Shown here: one piece after another, positions 10,750 through 23,419 of the stretch
Numbering within the stretch: position 1 is the first letter of the stretch
How the letters are laid out: each line of letters opens with the position of its first letter
Origin: Azolla caroliniana
Lineage: Eukaryota > Plantae > Polypodiophyta
Length of the DNA stretch: 64,000 nt
Assembly (NCBI GenBank): GCA_043228905.1
Contig: JBHGNT010000002.1
Coordinates: 13,020,001 to 13,084,000 of the forward strand
Direction: 5' to 3'
The notes under the pieces: model-generated
Seen by the model: the letters and a program-made list of their open reading frames with translations, nothing else
Told to the model about the DNA's origin: nothing
The model's database searches: none
Made by a program: the position numbers and the translations under genes

Positions 10750-13700
10750 GTCTTTTCCTATGAGCAAAAATCGACTTCACACCAACGTTCCGACTGCTGA
10801 GGCATAAGGGACTTTTGACATCTCGGCCTTCTCGGTTTTCAATTTTGGACATTGATCTTTGGCCAGCTTGAAGTTCGTCGGTAGTGTCGAGCTGACCCGT
10901 TTCACGCTTTCCATGCCAAATCTCTGGATTGCTTTTGTCACGTATTTCTCCTGTGATCTCCATAACAACTTCTTTGTTTGATATCGAACAATGTGCATTC
11001 CCAGGATTTGTTTTGCCGAACCTAGATCTTTCATCAAAAACGACCTACTGAAGGCCTTCTTCAGCACTCAGATCTTCATATGGTCTCGTCCGACAATCAG
11101 CATGTTATCCATATACAACAAGAGGATGAGGAAATCTCCTTCGTCGAACTTCATCACAAACACACAGTGATCAGCCTGCGTTTTGTGATACTCATTATTG
11201 GTCATGAAGGATTCGAATTTTCGGTACTATTGTCGAGGTGCTTGCTTCAACCCATATAGGCTCTTCCTCAATCGGCATACTAGGTTCTCTTTACCTTTCT
11301 CCACGAATCCTTCTGGCTAGTGCATATAGATCTCCTCTTCGAGATCACTGTACAGAAACGTCGTCTTGACATCCAATTGCTCGACTTCGAGATTCATGTT
11401 GGCTGCTATGCTGAGCACTATTCGGATTGATGTCATCTTCACAACCGGGCAAATATTTCATCGAAATCGACACCCTTCTTCTATTGGAAACCTTTCACGA
11501 CAATTCGTGCTTTGTATCTGACTGGATTTCCACCATCTCTGGACTTTAGTTTGTATACCCACTTATTCTATAGTGCTTTCTTCCATTTCGGCAACTCGGT
11601 CAATTTGTATGTGTGGTTCTCATGCAAGGAATCTATCTCCTCTTGCGTGGCGCTTACCCACTTTCGGTTGTGGGTATTGTGTTTAGTTTCTTCAAATCTT
11701 TCCGGCTCCCCTCATCAGTTAGCAGTACATGCTCTTCATGCGAACATCTTCAGGGGGCTCTTCTTTCTCTTAGGGGGTATCTTCAGCCTCCATTCAGTAC
11801 GGTTGGTTCTTCTTCGACTTCTTCAGTCGAGTCAAATTCGGTTACTCGTTCAGCCGGATCCCCTTATTATTCAGTCGGTTCTCGATTTTGCCGAGTATTA
11901 AATCGGCCGACTGGCTCAGATTCAATTTCGATCGAATCGACCTCTACTCGATTTGGCAGAGCGTTGCCAACCAACTAACATCAATCGAACTTCCGGAACG
12001 TGTTGTACATCTCTGAACACAAGTCAGCACCCGATTGACGTTATCAAACACACATCTCCTATGCCGATAATTCGACATGCTCCTTCATTTCCCATCTTTA
12101 CATATCCTAGATCTCCGACTCTATAAGATGAGAAGCATTTCCGGTCGGGGGTTAGGTGGAATGATGCACCCGAATCGACCACCTATGTCGATTCATCGTC
12201 AACAAGGTTTACTTCGTTTTCCTCACTAATGAGAAACAATGCCTCCTCACTTGTAGCGATTGCCGAGTTGTTCTTGTTGTCCGAAATCGTCTTCGGCTGC
12301 ACACCGTTCGTTCCCCCTTTTTCCTTTCGGAAATGGCAACAATTCTTTTGGAAGTGCCTTGGCTTCCCACAATAGAAGCACGTTGGCCTTCCCCTCGACT
12401 TCGACCTTGTCCCCGACTTATCTCGATTTTGGGGGTTTTCCTCACTAATGAGCAACAAAGCCTCCTCACTTGTAGCGATTGCCGAGTTGTTCTTGCTGTC
12501 CGAAATTGTCTTCGGCTGCACACCGTTCGTTCCCCCTTTTTCCTTTCGGAAATGGCAACAATTCTTTTGGAAGTGCCTCGGCTTCCCACAATAGAAGCAC
12601 GTTGGCCTTCCCCTCGACTTCGACCTTGTCCCCGACTTATCTCGATTTTGGGGGTTTTCCTCACTAATGAGCAACAACGCTTCCTCACTTGTAGCGATTA
12701 CCGAGTTGTTCTTGCTATCCGAAATTGTCTTCGGCTGCACACCGTTCGTTCCCCCTTTTTCCTTTTGGAGATGGCAACAATTCTTTTGGAAGTGCCTCGA
12801 CTTCCCACAATAGAAGCACGTTGGCCTTCCCCTTGACTTCGACTTTGTCCCCGACTTATCTCGATTTTGAGGGCTTCGATTTCGGCCTCTTCGGCGATTC
12901 GTGTCACTTTTCGTGACAAGGTACTTCTGGTCAATGTTGGACTCTCAGTCCTTGCGGCAAGCTTCTTCATTCAATAAGCTCGACTTCACTTGCCCTAGGG
13001 ATAAGTGTTTCCATTGCGGTCCCGTGTTGCCTAATGTGACAACCAATGTCTCCTAGCTATCCGTAAGGGATCCCAACAGCAACAAGAGGTACTTCTAGGG
13101 AGGTGGTATGATTCATCAGTCCTCGGAAGGCATTAATGTGCTTCGTCATGCTAGAGCCGTCTTGATACCAGAGTCTCACGATTTTTCTAAAAACTGAGAC
13201 AATGTTCACGGTGTTCATGTTTTCGAACGTCACGCCAATCTTCTTCCAGAGGACGTCGGCACTCGTCTCTTCATCAAAGTTGTTGTATAGACTCATGTCT
13301 ATAAAACACCTTATATATGTTTCCGCCTTCAGATGCATGACTTCCCAAGTCGATTCATCTATCTTGTTTGGTCTTTTATCTCCAAACTGCACCAGCAGCT
13401 AGAGGTCTTTGCACATGAGTATGTCTCTCATCTTCAACTTCCACATTGAGTAGTTGGAGCCGGTTAACTTGAACATGCTATCGAATGAATCTTCCATCTC
13501 TCTGATACCAGTTTTATGAGAATAGACCGGCCACAACCGGTTTCATGTTCGTATGCGGGTGCAAAGAAACGAGCGAAATAGATACATAGACAGAAAACAA
13601 GGAAAAACAGAAAGAACAGAGACACAAATATTTAACGTGGAAACCCGAACTGGGAAAAACCACGGGGGTCCACAAACCCCAAGAAACAAATCGCTATGAA

Positions 13701-14019
13701 AAAGGAGAAGTACAGATAAGAAACTCGGAGGCAACAACCTCGAGTTCTACTTCGTCTGACAGATGGCTATAGAGTTATATGCTCTCTCTCCCTGTCACTC
13801 ATAGTTACAGAGGCAACTACCACCTGTCTAACTATACCACAATAATGATCAACTACTACAACTTAAAGTTTTCCCTAGTTGTTTATATACTACAACAACT
13901 TTTTGGCTATTTACAAGTATAGCCCACAAGGAGCATATTCGGACTATCTACAAATATGGTCTCCCGATTTCGGAAATTGATTTTTGGCCGAGGCCTATAG
14001 GGACCTCGTTTTCCCAACA
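10750..14019 (-). mobile_element. Degenerate copia element H (5' LTR ~13517-14019, PBS-Met 13499-13510, gag, protease, RT; integrase deleted)
   Basis: TGGTATCAGAG PBS; MFKLTGSNYS gag; RT motifs; related to copia G. Confidence 0.85.
12217..12873 (-). repeat. Three in-frame tandem copies of a 219-bp gag segment containing the zinc knuckle
   Basis: CFYCGK.RHFQKNC occurs three times; period 219 bp (73 codons). Confidence 0.9.
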
Positions 14020-14264
14020 CATTTCAACGTATCATCACCGAGATATTCGGTGAGTACTTACTTGCCTTTATGCAGGTCTTCCTCGATTATTTTGCATTTT
14101 ATAGTGTGAGAAGCCGACATCTTCGGCACATACGACTATGTTTGGAATGATGCAGATCGGCAAGGCTTAGCCTCAATCCGACCAAGTGTGCGTTCAACGT
14201 AACAAGTGGCACACTCCTGGGCCATATCATGAGTAGCAAAGGCATTGCGGTCGACCCAGGAAAA
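14020..14264 (+). pseudogene. Gypsy RT fragment related to A-E
   Basis: FQRIITEIFGEY..FMQVFLD, LSLNPTKC, GIAVDP. Confidence 0.8.
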
Positions 14265-15747
14265 TGTTGGCATAAAAGGTCGTCTCCTTCCACCTTGTAT
14301 CCTAGTGTGAAATCCTCCTAATTGTTAGGGCTTAGTATATAAGTGATAACCTAACATTATAAACAGAGAGTGCTTGATCATCTTGTACATTGAGTCTGTG
14401 AGAGAGAGAGGGAGAGAGAACAGAAATAAAGAGAGCTTCTATTAAAGCTTCATCTGTGTGTCTATCATCTGTCTACATCTTCTTGCCCTCCTTCTGTGTT
14501 GTTTCTTGAGCATAACTGATAGGTTCTCACATACGATTTAGAGCAACTTGCTACTCAGACTTGCTACTCGGCAACAACATACAACAAAAGAAGGTTGAAA
14601 GGAAAAAGTCCACGTCAGTAAAATCTCACATTCAAAGAAGAATATGGCTTCAACATCCTGAACATGAGTTGAAATTAGAAAATTTGATGGCAAAAACTTT
14701 GCCCTTTGGAAGGAGATGATGCGGGACTTTCTGATCATCATAAGACAAGTCAAAGCCATTCGACATAGTGAAAAACTTGCCTTGATGACAGTCGAAGAGT
14801 GGAGATCTACAAAAGAAATCACAAGCTCCACCATCCGAATGCATCTAGCCGAAAACAACTACTTTAGCATAGCAAAAGAGACAACAATGTTCTCACTGTA
14901 GGAGAAACTACAATCTGTCTATGAGAAAAAGTCCTCATCTTCAAAAATGATTTTGATCAAACAACTGTTCAACATGAAGATGCGAGAGTCCGATCCGGCT
15001 ACCTCCCACATCAACACCTTTAACTGGGTGTTGTCAGAACTCTCCTCACAAGGAATCAACTTCGAAGAAGAAGTGAAAGCCCTTGCCCTCCTATCGAGTT
15101 TTCCGGTGAGTTGGGAGGTATTCTACATGACATACGCCAATAACCAACCGATCCTAAATCTAGATAAAACGATCGGTCAAGTTCTCACTGAGGACATTCA
15201 ACGAAAATCGATGGGATTTACCATCGATGAACTGGCAAAAGCCCATCACTCGACCGACATAGTCGAACGAGAGAACAAGCCAACAAAACCAGTCGGAATA
15301 CCAACCACTCAAAAACGAGGGGAGACTAACAATGGTTGAAGTCGAGAATAGGCCGATTAGGCGAATTTTGCACACATTGCATAAAAGCTGGCCACAATGT
15401 TTTCGACTACTAGTCAATCAAGAAAAAAGAGAGTGGTCGGTGATCCGAGCGGAATCGAGGACGACCCGACTCGGACCACTCTCCTATAGGCAACCAAATC
15501 AATGTTGCCAACACCCGATCAAGAGAAATTCTCTCCTAAGAAGATTTAGTGATCGGAGAATACCTCTATAGTGCACAAGATGCACACACATGGTTATTGC
15601 ACTTCGGTGCCACGTTTCACGTGATCCCCAACATTGAATGGTTCTCAAACTATTCAACCGAAGTCCGCAGTATAGTTCGACTAGGCAACAGGTAGGAATG
15701 CAAAGTCGCAGGGACCGGTGAGGTTCCCAAAAACATGATCACCCTGC
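14265..15747 (+). mobile_element. Degenerate copia element I (LTR ~14265-14531, gag and protease remnants)
   Basis: IRKFDGKNFALWK, LIKQLFNMKM..ALALLSS..SWE gag; degenerate PBS. Confidence 0.7.
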
Positions 15748-16067
15748 TATCATAGATAGGATTTCACATCCTTGGAACGGTGGGGGTTGAACCCATGACC
15801 TTCTGATCTTATTGGGCAACCTTACCAGTTAAGCTACATCCACATACGCATTATTGTATTGTATAAGATTCAACATATTTCATTATAGATTGATTACTAC
15901 AACTTTCAAGAACCTTTTAGAGAATGCATCTTCATGGACTCTCTAGAAGTCTTCTAGTTTTCATGCATACCTCCACATCCTTGTATAAATATTGGGGTGC
16001 ACCTTGATTACAATCAAGGTGAACAACACCAGTTACGAAAGCATAATTCAGTTATTTTTCATTTGTC

Positions 16068-16117
<50 letters not shown>

Positions 16118-17385
16118 CTCTTGTCTATGATCTCTCTCCCGGTATCTCTTAATATTGAGGCTCATCTACTTGTCCGTGAAAATATTGTGATCTTACTTAT
16201 GCTCTCACTCTCTCTTAGTACTTAGCCTCATTCCACCCTTTTGTGACAGTTTGTTCACCTTCATTGTAAACCTCTTCCCATTTTCTAAGCCTCAGCATGT
16301 CAGATCTTACCAAGAGAATAAATCAGCTCATGGAAGACATGCATCAACTTCAACTTGAGAATGACAACCTTCGGGAATCGTTACAGAAGCTTCAAGTTAG
16401 AACACCGATGGAACTCAAAGAAAAAAACAACTCTCCTCCTGCATCAACAAATGTTCTACCTATAGAGCTTGGTTCCTCGTTAAGGCTTTCTCCAACTCCT
16501 CCCCATCCCACTACAAGTATGGAGCCCAAGATTAGTTTACCTGACAAGTTCGATGGCACGAGGAAGCACTTCCGAGGTTTCATAAATCAGATCAAGCTTA
16601 TTATCCAACTACAGCCTCAACGGTATGTGGATGATTTTCTTCAAGTTGGTCTCACTGGGACCCTTCTGTCAGGAGCTGCACAAGCCTGGTTTGCAGCGTT
16701 GGTCGAAACTTCATCACCACTTCCACAAAAGTTTCTTGCCTTTTTGGTAGAGTTTGAGGCAACATTTGGGGATATGAACCAATGTCGAACTGCCATTACC
16801 AAACTCTATTCATTACATCAAGGTATGCGTACAATCGAAACTTCATCACCACTTCCACAAAAATTTCTTGCCTTTCTGGTAGAGTTTGAGGCAACATTTA
16901 GGGATATGAACCAATGTCGAACTGCCATTACCAAACTCTATTCATTACATCAAGGTATGCGTACAATATCCGTTTATGCCTCTCAATTTAGACAATTAGC
17001 ATGTGATATTCAGTGGGATGGCCAAGCGCTCTACGACCATTTTCGTCGGGGCCTTTGCAGTGAGATTAAAAATTTAATACTCAACTTTCCGGACCCTATG
17101 TCATTGTTGCAAGCCATCACGCAAGCAGTTAGTTGTGACAATCGGTTGTTTGAGCATCGTCAAGAGGAACGAGCAACTTCAAGGTGGCAACCCTCTTCGA
17201 GATCTTCTCCATTGTCATCATACGATGACCCCGTGCCGATGGAAATTGATCGAGCTCGCACCCTGCCAGTCACCGAAGCCGAACAGAGGTATTGCCGAAC
17301 CAACAAACTATGTTTATATTATGGTGCATCCACCCATGCAATTCGTTTTTGCCCAATCAAGAATAATCAACGACAAATATCTACA
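15748..17385 (+). mobile_element. Chromovirus-type gypsy element J (5' LTR 15748-16248 plus gag)
   Basis: LTR ends TGACA; TATA at 15984; gag homologous to that of F. Confidence 0.8.
15773..15843 (-). other. tRNA-derived segment in the U3 of LTR J
   Basis: A box TAGCTTAACTGG; GATCAGAAGGTCATGGGTTCAACCCCCAC with B box; GGATG/CGTTCC acceptor-like pairing. Confidence 0.7.
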
Positions 17386-17421
17386 ATGCAATCAAAACTG
17401 CATTTCTCAAGTTTGGCATAA
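16297..17421 (+). pseudogene. Chromovirus gag with internal 132-bp duplication (16703-16966); tail read from antisense RT of K
   Basis: EPKISLPDKFDG, PVPMEID, degenerate knuckle CLYYGASTHAIRFC. Confidence 0.85.
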
Positions 17422-18480
17422 AGACCATACTTTCTTAGGCATTTAAGTACTTTCTGCACATGTATATATCATGCTCCTCCTGTGTTATAGAGTAAATCAA
17501 TAGATCATGTAGGTAGATGATGAGAAAGATATCCAAGAAATCCCGAAAAATGTCATTTGCCATATGTTGAAAAACTGTGGGTGCATTTGTGAGCCCAAAA
17601 GACATGACTATATACTCGAAATGACCATACCGAGTACGAAATGCAGTTTTCTACTCATCTCCCGGTTGAATTCAGACAAGATTATACGCACCCCTTAGAT
17701 GGATTTTGGTAAAATTCTTTGCCCCACCAATGCACTTTAAAAGACTGGTGATTAAAGGTAGAGCATGCCTATTCCTTATGGTGACTTTATTTAAGCCTCG
17801 ATAGTTCACAACCAAATGAAGGGAGCCATTCTTTTTCTTCACAAAGAAGGTAGGAGCACTAGCTAGAGACTTTGAATGTCGAATAAACCCATGTGCAAGA
17901 TTCTCCTCGATATATTCTCAAAGAACCTTAAGTCAGTTGGTGACAAATTGTAAATTTTATATGAGGCGGATAAGAGAGAGAATTCGAATCAAAATGTCAG
18001 AACCAAGAATAAAAGATAAAGTTATGGAAGGAGGATATAAGAGAACACGAGAAGAAAGGAACGAAATGCTAAGAGAAGAATGTGTGTATTAAGATAGAAA
18101 GAGAAAGAGAATGGATACAAGATATGTAATGAGAGCTAAAGACTGGTGTTGATTTGAATTAATTTGAGAATACATGTATGCCCCTATTTATAGGTTCCAA
18201 TAGAATAACTTAGAGATTTCTATAATGTTCTAGAATGTTCTAGAAATTCTAGGTTCCTATAGAATGGCTTAGAGATTTCTATAATGTTCTAGAATGTCCT
18301 AGGACATTCTAGAACAGTCTGGAATAATCTAAAGTTTTTACAATAATCAATGTAATACAAAAAGTAGATTTTATCCTTTTATGTGACAATAAGATATCTT
18401 AATGGTCGAGGTTTTCGATCATGGATTACAAGGTCCGAGGTTCAATTTTGGGTGATGCCATAATGGTCGTGTTCATGACA
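17386..18480 (-). mobile_element. Internally deleted chromovirus K (5' LTR 17995-18480, PBS, RT fragment 17386-17960)
   Basis: RT remnant aligns to F 56270-56850; LTR TGTCA...TGACA; TATA at 18192. Confidence 0.75.
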
Positions 18481-19653
18481 CCCTATGGTCTCGCCCAAAT
18501 GAAGTGTGCAAGCGAATCTTCGTGACAAGTTCTTATACAAACTAGCTATGACCAATACAACATTATTGAATGATTTACATTTCAACATATTGATTTAAAA
18601 ACTATTTAGATTGTAAGAAGAAAGAATAGAAAATATAAAAAAAGGATATACCAAAGTTCCTTTGTTTCTGACTTTCTGGATCAAGCTCGAACAAACATCG
18701 ATTGATGACCATCCGAAGGAAATGAACAACAATAAGAGAAACATTAGCAAATCACTTTGATAACATATGTTAGAGATTATTCCTAATGTAAGCATTGAAA
18801 AAGGGAATAAATGATATAAATAGATAAGGGTGGCAGCATGTGAATGGAAATACTATTATAGCTAACATGTAGCTAAAATCACCACAACTAAGTAGCTCTT
18901 TTATTAGCTAATATTTAGTGGGAAAATCTTAAAGATACATATAATTTATTATGGGGAGGTAAATATTACCATTTATGGTGTACATTTTAGTCGGTCTTTA
19001 TTTGAGATTACATTCTGATGATCCCTAAAATTGCCAAAATATGCAAATTACATGCAGTTTTTTTGCATAGCTAATTAGTTATGGCAAGGACATAGCTAAT
19101 TTTTCCCATTCCCATGCTTTCACCCATAAGAGAATGAGAGAGAAAGAAGGGTATCAATCCATCTGACCACCCTTGAGTGAAGGGATCAAGACGGACCTCT
19201 ACCTTTAACAGCGTCCCATACCACTACAATGGCATCGAGTTGTACCTAGTACTAGTGTGCGCTTACCACAAGCGTGTATTCACCATAGGGTCATAGTCTT
19301 GACGTAGTAGAATAATATCTCAAATAAGGGTAGTTAGGCCTCATATTTATAGCCAAACCTAAGGCTCCCATGCAAGTTTACACCTAGCCCTTATGGGTTG
19401 TCTCAATTCCTAGGATAAAAAGTAATCCTCCCTTCTTTGCACGCTTGGTTAATTCTCACACTTTTATCCTTTTGTGTAGAATACTATACAATACAAACTA
19501 CCATGGGATAAATTATGGTCGTGCATGTAACAATTCTATTTCAATTATTGCATCATATAATTTATCGAGGATATGAACAATCATAATGGTCATATATGTA
19601 TTTGGGTTGGGTCCATGGGATCTCCTCCTTTATGCATAGGGGCCATTGTGTTC

Positions 19654-21315
19654 TGTTGAGATACAAGCTCAACATTGGCCGGATAGGCTGTGCAAGCCGA
19701 GAACCGGATCGGTTGGGATCGATCGGTTAGGTGGGACCGGTGCGTAAACCGGGTGCGCAGACTGGTGTGCAACGAGAAACCGTAGCGGTGCGTAAACCGC
19801 AAGGCCGTTGGAAAGATATTCTGCGTAGGAATATATTTTGGGAGTTAGTGTAGAGCTCATTTATGAGCATTGAAGTATGTGTCAGTACTTCTGTTAGTCT
19901 GTATGGACTTGTATAAAAGTTCTCACTAAGCACATCCTATGTACAGATTGAATATTATTTTGAATTGAATTCCTGTGTGTCCTCTCTCTCTCTGTCTCTC
20001 CCGCGTACTCTATATATTCAAGCTCTCCATTAAACCTGCATATTTTTGTGTTCGGTCTTCTACTTGCTTCCGCACGCTATTCTTTACATGGTATCAGAGC
20101 GCGAGGGTTGAGAACCTCTACAGCCAACATAGCTTGAAAGGAAAACCAACCAAGAAGAACAGGTAAAGCCGATGGATAGAGGCATGGCTAGCTCGCTTCC
20201 GACGGAAAAGCTCGACAGAAACAACTACCCATCTTGGTCCTACAAGATGCACCAGTACCTACTCGGGCACGGTTACTAGAGCTATGTTGACAGAGCAAAT
20301 GACACAACACCCGAATTGACACACAGAGATTTCCCGGCGTGGGAAAAGTCGGCGAGTAGAGTATTGTATTGCTTCGCGTCTTGTGTGGGCGAACAACTCC
20401 TAAGCTAGATTCAAGATGCAAGAATGCTGAAAGATGCTTGGGGAAATTTGAAGAAGATTTTCGCCGCAAGCACTACAGCCAGGAAGCTTCAACTCTGACA
20501 GGAGCTGAGCAACCTACGACAACGCGACTTGTCGGTGGTAGACTACACCTCCAAAATCAAGGATTTTTGCGACTCTCTGGCCTCCATCGATGTGAATATC
20601 GAAGAAGCCGATATGGTGCAAATTTGTCTCGGAGGTTTGGCGTCAAAGTTCGAAGTGTTCCGAACTGCTGTGTGTACACAGGAGAATACGCTGTCCTTTT
20701 TTGACCTACGGTCGATGCTCCTTATAGAGGAGAACCATGCGGGTGGGTCTACGAGCACACACACCGACAAAAAAATGTTGTACACAGAGGGAGATAGGCC
20801 CCGTGGACGTGTCAGATGAGGGGAGTCGGTGCGCAATGGAGGCAGCTGACGGGACCAAGGAAGAAGGCACCGAAGTGATGCCGACAACAACTCCAGACCC
20901 TCTGGAAATAGGGGGAGTCGAGGCGATGAGAACCGGCAAGGGAAATCCGCCACAGAATGCTGGTACTGTGGCAAGAAAGGCCACAGGGAGAGCGAGTGCT
21001 AGAAAAAGCGCGCCGATTCGTAGAGAACCAGGTATGGATCAAATTTCGGATAGACCGACAAAGGAAATCAGCAGCGATCCCACTACGCCGAAGGAGCCGG
21101 AAGAGTCGGAAGAGGATCAGCCTTCGTGACGAGACACGAAGCAAACTTGATGAAGAAGATCACCCCAAAGTCGGACAAGGTGTGGTACGTCGACTCCGGC
21201 ACGTCAAACCACATGACGTGCCACAAGGAGTGGTTCTCGTACCTGGAAAAACTGATGCAACCGAGAGTAGTCGCAACCGGAGACGACACTCTGCATCTGA
21301 TTGCGAATGTCGGTG
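19654..21315 (+). mobile_element. Degenerate copia element L (LTR ~19654-20088, PBS-Met 20089-20100, gag, protease)
   Basis: TGGTATCAGAGC; EKLDRNNYPSW; CWYCGKKGHRESEC; WYVDSGTSNHMT. Confidence 0.85.
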
Positions 21316-21371
21316 AATTAGTACTAAAATATGAGGATTAGTATTAAGGGAGGTGTAGAACTATTGAGAGA

Positions 21372-21434
<63 letters not shown>

Positions 21435-21729
21435 GATAACAAAATATATATATTATGTTAAGGGAATATACAATAGTAACTAGGAGGCTTAAGACTTGTG
21501 TTGAACCGATTTGCTTTGAAATAATACCTTGTGCCTCCTTTTATAGTGTTCTTAGGAGTGCTCCTAAAGTTTCTAGAATGTTCTAGAGAAATCTAGAATA
21601 TACATCAATTTTCTATAGTAAAACCTAAATGAAAATAATATCCTTCGTATTACAACATATAGTCTAATGGTCAAGAGCTCGACCCATGTAACATAAGGTC
21701 ATGGGTTCGATTCTTGCCATATCGTGACA
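21316..21729 (-). repeat. Isolated chromovirus LTR M related to the F LTRs, with (GA)n at 21374-21428
   Basis: Collinear similarity to 53539-53977, including the tRNA-like end; no TSD. Confidence 0.8.
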
Positions 21730-22501
21730 TTACCTTGCTTAGAGTCTTTCGTGTGTGGGAAACTACTAATTCTTGTGGAATCAAGGATGTGTGTTAATTG
21801 TGTAGTGAGATTCTTTAAAGGCAAGGAAGAATCAAGAGAGGAGAGATGAACTTGAACATGCCAAGAGTAGAAGTTAAAGAGCTCATGTGTGAAATGTATT
21901 GTGGTGTGATGGCTTGGTTTACTAGAGTTGGTGGCGTTGGAGATATTATTTTTTAGTTTATAATGTTAGAAAAATAGGTCCCTCCGGATGGGAAGTGAGA
22001 AGAACCGTGTTGATGAGCAACTCGGCTGAGGCCAAAACCGGAAATTGTGGAGATAGCCGACACGGAAGGGCTAAACTTGTAAATAGTCGAAAGATTACAT
22101 TGGTATATAAGTACTTAGGGCAATCATGCTATGTATGTGTGCATTAATTGTAAAGTTACTGTTGTCGAGGTCGTGGCCTCCGTAACCGTGAGAGTGAACG
22201 ACTGTGAGTGGAAGCGAGTGAGCTCCATAGCCACCTGTTGGTGAAGCAGGATCTCGAGGTCGTAGCCTCTGAGATCTCTGATGTATTCCTTTCTCTCATA
22301 GTGTTTCTGTTTCGGATTTTGTGGACTCCACATGGTTTTCTCCCAGTTTGGGTTTCCACGTTAAAATCTGTGTCATTCTCAGTTTCTGTATTCTGTTTTT
22401 CCTTTCCATTAGATTGACTATTATTCCGCACATATACAACCGGTTGTGGCCGGCAACGATTTGAACTTCAAACTGGTATCAGAGCAAAACGGCACAGAAA
22501 A

Positions 22502-22937
22502 ATGGACGATTCGTTGGGAGGCATGTTCAAGCTCACCGGCTCCAACTATTCAGTGTGGAAGTCGAAGATGAGGGACATGCTCGTGGTTAAAGATCTTTGG
22601 TTGCCAGTTCAGTTCAGGGACAAGAGACCGGACAAAATCAATGCCACAATATGGGAGGTGATGCACATGAAGACAATGGCGTATATACGGTGCTTCATCG
22701 ACATGAGTCTATACAACAACTTCAATGAAGAGAGCAAGGCTCATGAGCTCTGGGAGAAGATCGGCATTATGTTTTAGAACAAAAATGTTGTTAATCAGGT
22801 TTCGGTATTTCGGAAGCTAGTAAGACTCCGGTACCAAGATGGCTCCAGCATGGCGGAGCACATGAATGCCTTCCAGGGGTTGATACACCAAGCAACATCA
22901 TTAGAAGTACCTCTCGCCGATGAGATACTAGCACTAC
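22502..22937 (+). pseudogene. Copia G gag N-terminal part (continues at 32941-32972)
   Basis: MFKLTGSNYSVWKSKMRD ... ILALL|LLSSLPDSWE. Confidence 0.88.
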
Positions 22938-23419
22938 TGTTGTCCAGAGGACAGAAATGTAAAATTAGCAAATTAGCAAACGCCGAGTCCGAGTATCACA
23001 GGCCACCGACGGCTCGGCTGTGTATTAGGGGAAAAGTTATTTAAACGAGGACCAGTACCTTAGAGGAGGGGGGAGAAGAAAAATATAGGCGGAAGCACTA
23101 GCTGAGCCCCTCGTAACTAGATAATCTTGTAAGGTCACCGGCCGTAGGCCGTGTTCTGTAATCTTTTCTGTTGCAATAATATATCTGAATTGGGCCCAGT
23201 TTGCTCCATGTATCTGTGCTTGATTCATACCTATGATTTGAGCGCCGCCCACGCCTGCCAAGATCTCGTTAGTGTTTTCTCTCTGAGCATTGTCTCTCTC
23301 TCGACGCCTCTGTTATGAGCCTTCATGTACCACGCCCTTGAATACCGATAGCCGCAGATCTATCGAAGGTGTTCACCCAAAGAAACGGGTAACACAATTT
23401 GGCACGCCCGGTTACAGCT

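Noticed and set aside
15773-15843. Functional tRNA genes here and at 18395, 21655, 53909 and 59157
   Set aside because: Anticodon arms do not fold and all lie inside LTRs; reported as tRNA-like cassettes only
15748-18480. J plus K as a single element with inverted LTRs
   Set aside because: The LTRs and PBSs differ, and the flanks CCTGC and CCCTA are not a TSD
18481-19653. AT-rich interval as a gene or element (also 10353-10745)
   Set aside because: No recognisable ORF, termini or motif
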